Part shown: positions 34,294 to 44,383 of the stretch, piece after piece
Position numbering within the stretch: position 1 is the first letter of the stretch
Layout of the letters: each line of letters opens with the position of its first letter
NCBI RefSeq assembly: GCF_964204645.1
Contig: NC_134029.1
Location: 16,362,950 to 16,426,949, forward strand
Direction of reading: 5' to 3'
Length of the DNA: 64,000 bases
Origin: Tubulanus polymorphus
Taxonomy: Eukaryota > Animalia > Nemertea
The notes under the pieces: generated by a model
Told to the model about the DNA's origin: nothing
Database searches by the model: none
Seen by the model: the letters and a program-made list of their open reading frames with translations, nothing else
Translations under genes and position numbers: made by a program

Positions 34294-36170
34294 ATGAGCG
34301 CGCACACATTCAAAATGAAAACGATACTTTTAAGTGATAGCATGGGTCGTTTTTTCCCGGAATCGGAAAATCATAAGACACATTTTTGGCCAGGAATAGG
34401 CATTGACGTAATGCGTAGAATCGTCGGTGAGAAAATAATTGACGACATAAAATACGCGGACGTTCTCATAGTATGGGTCGGAACTAACGATTTAAACGAA
34501 AATGTTCAACCAAAGGATATAGTAAAGGCATACCAGGTTAGTTACTCAACAGTTTATGCAGAAAATTACAGAAAATTTAAATGACTAAATGACGAATGAC
34601 TAAATTCCTCTTGATACTAGTTTTTTTTAGGTTATCTCGCGCTGATGATGCCATCAACCAAAATCCTTCTGTTGCCGATATTTCCACGAAATGATTCAAA
34701 GGTGAAGGATCAGAAGCGGAAGAAAGTTAATAGGTTAACGAAGAAGCTTCTGCGCGAACCCAGGTTCAAAAGGGTTTCCTTCATGAAAACTGAGGTAAAT
34801 ATATATATTCATGAAATGTATACCGTAAACTAATACCATGTTACAGTTGCCAGCCACCATTTTGTTAGGGTACTTTCATTTGTCCTCTATTGTTTGGTAA
34901 TTATTTCTATTTTAAATATTATTTGTGATGTGTTTTATCATATTTCATTGGCCTGTAGGTGGATTTTGACATTTTGGCAGCATTCAAACATTTCTAGTGT
35001 TTCTCAAATTCGCAACAATGCGACATGAGAATGATAAAAAAACCCGTGGCCAGTTTTTGCCACATGCGTTGGGATTCGAAGTTCGTTATTTTTTGTATCT
35101 CAGCACGGCCCCTGGACTGGCCAGACAAAAAAAATTGTTTTTTACTCCCTGTATACTACTCGACCAATAATTCGAGTAAAACGAGTAAAAATCTGTAACT
35201 GATGGAATTGAATGACACCTTCCATGATTCTGGGGATTATTTCTGATTAAAGGCAAGAACATGGGTAAAAAACTTCCTTGTTTTTATTTTAGGTCCGATT
35301 TTCTTAAAAATTTGAGGGTTAATCAATCTAGTTATAAGAAACGAATTAAAAATTTATCATATTTCCTTTTTACCAAGTAAACAAGTTTTGCTCCGAGTAA
35401 AAACCATTGCCGGTGAAGGCAATTAATTAACAACAGCTTACAAGATAAAAAACACACAGCTGTTATGTTTACATAATTCAGCAGGCTTGTGGTCAGTGAG
35501 TTGATAACTAAGAAGCTCCTCCTCCAAAGTCAATCAAAGTTTGAATTTGCTACGAAAATGAAGAATTCAAAATTACTCCCTATTTGCTGGTTTCTAGAGT
35601 ATTTTTGACTTTTGCAATCATTTATCATCTATAATTGCTCGTAGATTTTAGATAACTGAAAACAAACAAGATACGTATTCCCATGGTTTGAATGCTCCTT
35701 ACATGGCAAAATTCACCTACAAACCAATTAAATATGATAGAACACATCACAAATAATCCTTTAAAAAGAGAAAAAAGTTATCTAACAATAGAGGACAAAG
35801 TTTAGTACCGTACGCTAACAAAAAGGCGGCTAAAATCTGTAAAATGGTATATTTTCAGAGCCTGCATTTTGATTGTGTTGTCTCATTTCAGCGTATTTTC
35901 GAAACGAGTCAGAAACGCAAAAACAAAGGAGATCAATTCTCTGTCAAACAAGAATTTTATCGTTTGGATGGGTTGCATTTAAATGATCGTGGAATAGAAC
36001 GCCTGCATCGTTATATTATGCAATACATCAAGGAAAATCTGTCAGCTGACCCCAGAAGTAAGATCGCGGAACGAGTGGAGAGGGCTAATATTGCGCACGG
36101 ACTATGTACCGAGGAGACACCGGGGGATCGAAGTTTTGATTTTGAAGAACCAGATGTTTCGATAGATTAG
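34294..36170 (+). CDS. Three-exon SGNH/GDSL-like hydrolase (about 231 aa); exons 34294-34536, 34621-34794, 35892-36170
   Basis: Block I LLSDSMG, II WPG, III VGTNDL, V DGLH; both introns GT-AG and phase 0; spliced frame open; AATAAA at 36372. Confidence 0.85.
34836..35847. mobile_element. TA-flanked TIR element inside intron 2 of the SGNH gene
   Basis: TA|CCATGTTACAG...CTGTAAAATGG|TA; ~140-bp imperfect inverted arms (TTTGTCCTCTATTGTT / AACAATAGAGGACAAA). Confidence 0.75.
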
Positions 36171-37259
36171 ACTCTAAAATCGAAGAATTCTAGTTCATTA
36201 CACCTACACATCCTGACGTTTCTGATCACACTCCCGGCCCTGCGTTAATGGATTCGGAGCCACTTTTTATCAGGATCGTGAACCACGGATTTTGATGGCA
36301 GCGATGTACACAATATATTAAAGAACTATATATATATAACATTGCAGCTATCATGTAATTGACTTTCCACCAATAAAGTGTTTTGGAAAATGTTTAATTT
36401 TTTCAGCTAGATATATGATCTTTTTTTAGGAAAATGATTTTATTTTTTCAGCTCAATATATGTTGTATATGATGGCTATTATATGAATGTCCCCAAGGAC
36501 GGGAACGTAGATTGAGGGGAGAGGAATATTATGATTTGGGTTCCACTTTTTTAGAAATAAATTGAATGAATAATACAACGTATTATATGATACGCTAGGA
36601 CATTAGACTGGGAGAACTAGGATTATTGAAAACAAGAATAATAGAGTGTATATAGTATAGTTAATGGATTATTATTATTATTAGACTAGAATAACTCTTG
36701 AATATTGGCCTTAAGCCTGGGGGAAAGTGCTCATCAGTGTGAACACTTAAAGACTAGTTTGGATAACAATTCAAGCAAAGCAATTATTCTGACACATTGA
36801 CACTAAAACCTCTCAGCCTCTTGAAACTAAAAAGTTTACATTATACGGATTCTTTTATATTCAATAAAGAAAAAACATATAACAGAACGCGAGCTTTTAT
36901 TTGGATTTATTTTTGGAAGTATCGGAAAGTACAATGTACTTGGTATAAGTCATTATCTACATTTGCCAGAATTGATTTGTTCATTGCACAGTTCAATTCA
37001 AACCCCCATTTTGCGACTTAAAACGGAAAACCTAGCAACAGAAACGTCATCAGAGGAGCGGATACACGTTGGCATAACCAACATTTCACTTTCTGCACGT
37101 TTTTGTTGAGGCAGTAATATGCGCACTGCTGATTCTAAATCAAAACATAGGTGCAAAATACTAAACTAATGAAAGAGGGCGATTTTGATTAATAGACTAC
37201 ATCGACATAATTTCCAGTGAATATCGCTAAACCGTTTATCAATATGTTCGTATTTTCAA

Positions 37260-39485
37260 TATTTTCATCAATCATCTTGTTTTAGAGAAATTTAATTTTG
37301 AAATTTAAATTTTTGAATATTCGCGCAATGATGCTTCGAGTATTGAAATAACACCAATTCTTACTATAAACCAATCAATGCAAAGACATCTTATTTACAT
37401 CAACTTGAAGAATAGAGTCATCTTATTGATATAATCGTTTTTTCAGGAAACCCCAGGTTTTAGTTTTAGAGAAATTTGAGTTTGAATTTTTAAATTTTGA
37501 ATATCGCGCAATGATGCAATCGTGTGTCGCAATAACAGGCAATCTAACTATGAACAAATCAATGCACAGACATGCGCTTTACATCAACTCAAAGACTACA
37601 GTTTGCTTATTAATATACTTACTTTTCAGGAACCCTCAGGTTTTAGTTTAAGAGAAATTTGATTTTGAAATTTAAATTTCTGAATATCGTGCCATGATGC
37701 AATCGTGTATTGAAATGACGCGTTTTTTTTACTATGATCAAATCAATGCACAGACATCTGCCTTGAATCAACTTTAAGAATAGAGTTTGCTTATTAATAT
37801 ACTTAATTTTCAGGAACCCTCAGGTTTTAGTTTTAGAGAAATTTGATTTTGAAATTTAAATTTCTGAATATCGCGCCATGATGCAATCGTGTATTGAAAT
37901 GACGCGTTTTTTTACTATGATCAAATCAATGCACAGACTTCTGCCTTGAATCAACTTAAAGAATAGAGTTTCCTTATTAATGTACTTAATCTTCAGGAAC
38001 CCTCAGGTTTTGGTTTTAGAGAAATTTAATTTTGAAATTTAAATTTCTGAATATCGTGCCATGATGCAATCGTGTATTGAAATGACGCGTTTTTTTACTA
38101 TGATCAAATCAATGCACAGACATCTACCTTAAATCAACTTAAAGAATATAGTTTCCTGAATATTATACTGGATTTTCAGAAAGCCTCAGGTTTTAGTTTA
38201 AGAGGAATTTGATTTTGAATTTTAACTTTTTAAATATCGCGCAATGATGCAATCGCGTATTGAAATGACGCGTTTTTTTTACTTTGATCAAATCAATGCA
38301 CAGACATCTGCCTTAAATCAACTTAAAGAATAGAGTTTCCTTATTAATATACTTGATTTTCAGAAAGCCTCAGGTTTTAGTTTTAGAGAAATTTGATTTT
38401 GAAATTTAAATTTCTGAATATCGCGCCATGATGCAATCGTGTATTGAAATGACGCGTTTTATTACTATGATCAAATCAATGCACAGACATCTGCCTTGAA
38501 TCAACTTAAAGAATAGAGTTTCCTGAATATTATACTGGATTTTCAGAAAGCCTCAGGTTTTAGTTTTAGAGAAACTTGATTTTGAATTTTAACTTTTTAA
38601 ATATCGTGCCATGATGCAATTGTGTATTGAAATGACGCGTTTTTTTACTATGATCAAATCAATGCACAGACATCTGCCTTAAATCAACTTAAAGAATAGA
38701 GTTTCCTTATTAATATACTTGATTTTTCAGAAAGCCTCAGGTTTTAGTTTTAGAGAAATTTGATTTTGAAATTTAAATTTCTGAATATCGCGCCATGATG
38801 CAATCGTGTATTGAAATGACGCGTTTTATTACTATGATCAAATCAATGCACAGACATCTGCCTTGAATCAACTTAAAGAATAGAGTTTCCTGAATATTAT
38901 ACTGGATTTTCAGAAAGCCTCAGGTTTTAGTTTTAGAGAAACTTGATTTTGAATTTTAACTTTTTAAATATCGTGCCATGATGCAATTGTGTATTGAAAT
39001 GACGCGTTTTTTTACTATGATCAAATCAATGCACAGACATCTGCCTTGAATCAACTTAAAGAATAGAGTTTGCTTATTAATATACTTAATTTTCAGGAAC
39101 CCTCAGGTTTTAGTTTTAGAGAAATTTAATTTTGAAATTTAAATTTCTGAATATCGCGCCATGATGCAATCGTGTATTGAAATGACGCGTTTTTTATTAT
39201 GATCAAATCAATGCACAGACATCCGCTTTACATCAACTTAAAGAAAAGAGTTTCCTTAATATTATACTCGATTTTCAGAAAGCCCCAGGTTTTAGTTTGA
39301 GAGAAATTTGAGTTTGAATTTTTAAATTTTAGATATCGTGGAATGATGCAATCGTGAGTTGAAATGATACCTGAACAAATCGATGCACAGACATTTACTT
39401 TATATATCTACTTGAACAATCGAGCCTACTCAGTAATATACTCAGTTTTTACGAAACCTGGAGTTTTTGTTTCAGAGAAATTTGA
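37260..39485 (-). repeat. Right arm: about 12 copies of the same 183-bp satellite, inverted
   Basis: CTATGATCAAATCAATGCACAGACATCTGCC units, the reverse complement of the left array. Confidence 0.97.
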
Positions 39486-39715
39486 GTATCAGTATCCGAT
39501 GCTATATACTAACGTTTACGTTAGTTATCATCGCTCCGTCATGCTAAGTTATACATTTCATGTCAACCAGTATCTACAGGCAGCTATACAGTGTGTACAC
39601 ACTATATCTGAATACGAGGCTGGAATAACAGGCTCACTTCACGTAGGTACCATCCACCATGTTGTTTCATTAATAAAACAATTGTTGCGCGCCGGCGCTG
39701 TACTGTGATAACGCA

Positions 39716-39787
39716 TGGTTTCACTAGGATTCGAACCCTCGCCCTCTCAGTTGGGAGTTAAACACCTTATCCACCATGCCACAGGAC
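39716..39787 (-). pseudogene. tRNA-derived sequence (SINE head or tRNA pseudogene)
   Basis: Minus strand A-box TGGCATGGTGG and B-box GGTTCGAATCC at tRNA-like spacing; acceptor stem does not pair well. Confidence 0.55.
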
Positions 39788-40034
39788 AGGACGCTCTTTT
39801 TATCGTTAGTGGGAGTACCGGACGGGGCGAGTCGCGATTGCTACTATCATCCGGTGTTATCTTTCAGTAAGTAATTTTAAGTTTAAAATAGGACGGAGAG
39901 TGCATAGGTATAATCTACGCGGAGCGAATGCGTGTTATATTACTATCAGAATTCTACATTTCAATTAGAAGCAGTTAGTTGTCGAATCTGATAGAAGATG
40001 AATTTTATGTGCGAAAAAAAAGTGGAAAATATGT

Positions 40035-40223
40035 AAATAATAATAATAACAATCAACAGAATTACAAAAGGGTTTTCGACGAAAGTCAGAAAACCCTAAT
40101 AATAAGAAACACGCGAATCTCAATAGGGTTTTCTGTGATGTAACAGAAAACCCTAATAATAATAAGAAGAAGAAACACGCGAATCTCAATAGGGTTTTCT
40201 GTGATGTAACAGAAAACCCTAAT
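40035..40223 (+). mobile_element. Three stacked Helentron/HINE-like termini ((AAT)n plus stem-loop)
   Basis: AGGGTTTTC...GAAAACCCTAAT three times; two match the terminus at 63432-63492. Confidence 0.7.
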
Positions 40224-40259
40224 TAGATATGTCAGGGTGTCCCACAAACTGTCTTCAAA

Positions 40260-40535
40260 CGGATATGAAGGGTCTAGACAGGAACATATCCATGAGACTG
40301 TGTAGAGAGAGGAGACAGTTTTGAAGGGTCGAGACGGGAACATGGTGTCCACCGGACTGTGTAGAGAGTAGAGACAGATGTAAAGGGTCGAGACGGGAAC
40401 ATAGTGTCCATGGGACTGTGTAGAGAGTAGAGAGAGTTTTGAAGGGTCGTGATGGGAACATAGCGTCCACGGGACTGTCTAGAGAGTAGAGACAGATGTG
40501 AAGGGTCGAGACAGGAACATAGTGTCCATCGGATA
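40260..40535. repeat. Tandem array of ~59-bp units (five copies)
   Basis: (G/A)AAGGGTC at 40267, 40323, 40382, 40441 and 40500. Confidence 0.85.
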
Positions 40536-41364
40536 AAGACCGACGGGATCTGGTAGAGAAAGACAACGCGTCATAAATTTAACAATCATCTTTATTTTTT
40601 TTTTGCAAAATTCATACTTAATTTTCTTCATAAATTTGATGAATTCAAATTGATTAATGGCAAATAAAACATGCCCCAAACAAAATGCCCCGCGCCGGGT
40701 CGTTTGTAGAAAAAACGGTTTGAGAGATTTAAAGAAAGTTGATTTTATTTTTTAGAAACCAAAATAATTACACACGTGATGACACGTTTCAAGATTATAT
40801 TTGAAATTAGTTTAGCTTTACCAGTAAATATATATCATTTCTGGAAGGAAATCTCGACGGAATATTGCTTACTTCGCATCTTGACTTTTTACTTCTGTTG
40901 ACATTGGAGCTGTTTTCTTCATTCGATCTTTTCAATGAAAAGTTTAAAAAAATCTAATTGACTTTTTAAAAATTGTTTGTAGGTTTCACTGATCGTTCTT
41001 AGGTTCAACATTCACCATTTATTGCTAATGTTACTTCTACAGATCTAATCCCGGTACCGTACCACGAGCGCGTCATTCAAAATCTATGCAGGGTTCAGAT
41101 GCAGCTCAGGAGTAAGTCAAGTTGGCACCGTATACTTTGGTGCAGCTGAAAAGTAGCGATGTCTTTCAGAATTTATTTGACCTTTTTGGGCACAAAAATA
41201 TTAACTTGTAGGAAATATCTTCTTCCTGTGATTTCAGCTATCATAAGTTAGAACGAATCTGGAAAGATTTGCCGAACGTACCTTCGGTACGATAAACGAA
41301 ATTCAATATTAGGCTGACTACTATCTGTCACACTTCACCAAGAATCTTAGTGTCTGATGTACCA

Positions 41365-41608
41365 CATGGTGACAATGTAAAAATTCAAGAAATTTCACAA
41401 AATGGAGGATTTTCTCTCTCATTCAACTGGACTTAAGGAGTCTTTTCGCCAATCCATCTAATTGATACAGAACTGGAAATATATCGAATATTCAGTTGTT
41501 GTCCGCGACTTTTGGCATTCTGTTAAGACATAAATGAGGTATGTATCCCAAAAAGTAAGCAAAATATCCCAGAAAAACAGGTCTCATCCATTAATAAATA
41601 GACATTAG
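41365..41608. repeat. Solo copy of one arm of the 26.0-26.5 kb palindrome
   Basis: Near-identical to 26304-26547. Confidence 0.88.
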
Positions 41609-42339
41609 TAGCTTTTCTGGTCATTTAAAACTGTCATTATGTTGATAAATCATCCAAATGATAATTCAGGCGAGTTTGAGTGTTTCTTAAAAGGTTGATT
41701 TGTGATATTTCATTTTAGGTTTGTCGTGCTACGGTGCCCGTGACTGTGTTCACACTTTCACGGAATGATTAACTACACTACCAATGTACCACAGAAATTG
41801 ACACAATGTCTCGGGGGTGTTATGATTATTCAAAGAAATTTTGAATGTATAGGGTTTTCTAAGTCGGACCTCGCCTCAGTAGGCCTACTTTCAACTTCCC
41901 GATTCCGACTCCTGTTCCTAGCTTGAAATCGAGAAACAACAGTCAACCGTCCTTTAGTTGTGGTTAGAGTATTAGACTAGAAAAATAAAACCGAATTATT
42001 TCAGTATCTTTAGATGCATTTGTAGACGTTGATTTAATATTCCGCGTAGGAGAGAATTAGTAGTTTTCAGAAAACGGTTGCTTATTCAAAGTTGGACTTC
42101 TAAGTCGGGGTATATTTCTTGGTCTCAAACTACACGTGGACCGACAGTTTACGCATGGTCTACCGTTCTCTGCATTGGGCACGGACGAATAACTCTGTAC
42201 TCTTCCACATCTCCCCTATTACTTTTTGCCATGAAGGTACTACAAAAATTGCAGACCTGGCAGGAACTGATTTCAAATTTTATTGCAGTTTACAAATTAA
42301 GAATCATTCCAGCGATTATCAGAAACAACGTATCATTAA

Positions 42340-42534
42340 GCCCAACGCACTCAGTACCGAAAAAAACGTTTTTTCCTCGTGAAAAAATGTTTTCGATGTT
42401 TTTTTGTTATGCCGTGTGCGGGGGAGGCAAAACAAAACGCCGAACTTAAAAACGTTTTTCTCTAGCAAAAATCGTTTTCTGAAAAACGTTTTCTGTATCG
42501 CCACGAAACAAATGTTGTGCCGTGTGCGTTGGGC
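42340..42534. mobile_element. MITE with TTAA flanks
   Basis: TTAA|GCCCAACGCAC...GTGCGTTGGGC|TTAA. Confidence 0.75.
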
Positions 42535-43387
42535 TTAAAGCCGATACAAAAACTGATTTCGGTTGATGTCAAATGATAATTCACATGATAATTTACAGTT
42601 TATTCTTATTATAAATCGCACTGATTTTGGTTCTATGTGCATTAGAAATAGGTTTAAAACCCCTTGATTCACTTAAAATGTAGGATACGAAATCCATTTA
42701 TTGCGATAATTTTCCGTGAGGCTTTGAAGGCACCATGGTGCTTTCTAAAATGATTTCGTCTTGGTGTAGGGCCGGTAGGCCTACTGTAAATTAATAACAT
42801 TAAATCAAAGAAATAGACAACAGTTCACTAACATATTTCTGATATCGTAGGATGATTTTGAAATTGAAAATTGGGCCAGGTGAGAATCAAAATTGCGTTG
42901 TCACCATCAATTAAAGTATATAAATCGTTTAATTTGGCTCGGTTTACATTCGGATTTTCACATATTTCGGACTAAAATGCAAGTCCCTTAACTAGGTTAT
43001 TTCTGTTCAAATGAAAACACAGTATTACTGTATTGTTTCGATCTAGAGGTTGAGTCGTGTGGGTAGATGGTCCAACGTTCTCTAAATTCCGTGTATTCTA
43101 TTCTCCACGGCCAGAACCAATCAAACCAAACTTTTGGGGTTTAATTAAACAACGGCGATAGCGTACGTAGCATGAGTGGAAATTGCAGTTGGAAGCTCTG
43201 ATTGTACACCCGCTATGAACAGACCGCAAAGTAGGTATAAATTGCGCCCGAAGCATAATATGGGATTCGAACCTACTCACACTGTATGGCATTAGCTCGT
43301 CAAAAGATTCCGTTCACAGGCAAACATCAACCAAATTGCGGATTGACCAGCTGAGTGAGGCAAAAGGTAGAAAGTTTCTAATGTCCG

Positions 43388-44167
43388 ATAAGATAAGATA
43401 AGATATTTATTTCACTCCAACCATAAGAATGGTACGTGGAGGCAAGATTGAATACAAAATATGGAATATAAAAATTTACAAAACATGAACAGAATTATAT
43501 ACATATATACAAAACAAAATAGGAATTAACAAAATTTAATATCAAACTTTCAGTAATAAAACTATTTACAAACAAAGCAAGTACAGAGATTGAATTATAT
43601 ACAGCAAGATATATCACACGTATATACACAATTCACTGGAGGGATTTGTATAAACTTAAACCTAACTGGATAAATTTAGCTAATTGTGGGGTAGGATTCC
43701 TTAATATTTCCAAGTTTCTGGACATACTTAAATGGATAGAATTATCACGCAGATCACTTAGCAAAGTGCAGTCATAAATGAAGTGAAGCTCATCTCCTAC
43801 GGTGTTACAGGCAGGGCACAGTCTTTCACTTCGGTCTATGAGCGTTCGATCGATTATTTACCGGTAATAAATAGGAACCAATTCTGAATTCGAATAAGCT
43901 ATGCACAAGACTTCCGTCAAGTTGAGTTATATATTTTTCAAGCCTAACATCGTTCTTATATAGTTTGAAATTAACATACTGCTGATCGTCATTCACTTTT
44001 TGAAGCATTTCTTGTACGTGTTGGTCACGGAGGACTTGTTTCACGTACTTGGAGAGCGTTTTATAATTTTCCGTGTATTGCTGTAACCATATGTAAGATA
44101 AGCCAATGTCGTCAAATATTTTCTTTATATACAATAACCAAGGGGATTTGTGTTTTTCGCTTACATA
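43388..44167 (-). mobile_element. RTE-X-like LINE B, 3' fragment with (CTTAT)n tail
   Basis: ORF2 C-terminus SPWL.YIKK...RLCPACNTVGDELHFIYDC, paralogous to 44384-44900; ends 43633. Confidence 0.85.
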
Positions 44168-44383
44168 CAGATTACGATTACGATTACGATTTATTTACAC
44201 TCCAACCATTTCCATGGTATATGGAGGAAAACTATTACACATGTATATACAAATATTTACAAAACAACACTAAAGTGATTAAAATTTAGAGAATGAAAAC
44301 GTAACGAAATATATATATACATCAACTATTTACAATACTATATATACTATTATATACATCAACTATTTACAATACTATATATA

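Larger units (their letters stand above)
26979..39648. mobile_element. 12.7-kb foldback-type DNA element with satellite arms and cargo gene
   Basis: ~100-bp unique TIRs (26979-27082 and 39545-39648); exact 9-bp TSD ACCATCCAC at 26970-26978 and 39649-39657; inverted 183-bp arrays inside both TIRs. Confidence 0.9.

Noticed and set aside
34631-34645. Stronger-looking acceptor TTTTTTTTAG at 34630 for SGNH exon 2
   Set aside because: Gives an immediate stop; the AG at 34620 keeps the frame and the SGNH pattern, though alternative use cannot be excluded
27260-39485. CRISPR array
   Set aside because: Whole 183-bp units are repeated with no unique spacers, there are no cas genes, and the context is eukaryotic
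39364-40679. ORFs of 66-114 aa in this interval and ORFs 14109-14495 and 61681-62027
   Set aside because: They lie within TIRs, tandem repeats or MITEs; translations are repetitive or featureless
42070-42310. Possible C-type-lectin-like exon (YTWTD...Y...W...FYC)
   Set aside because: Needs a frameshift, lacks most conserved Cys/Trp residues and has no supporting exons
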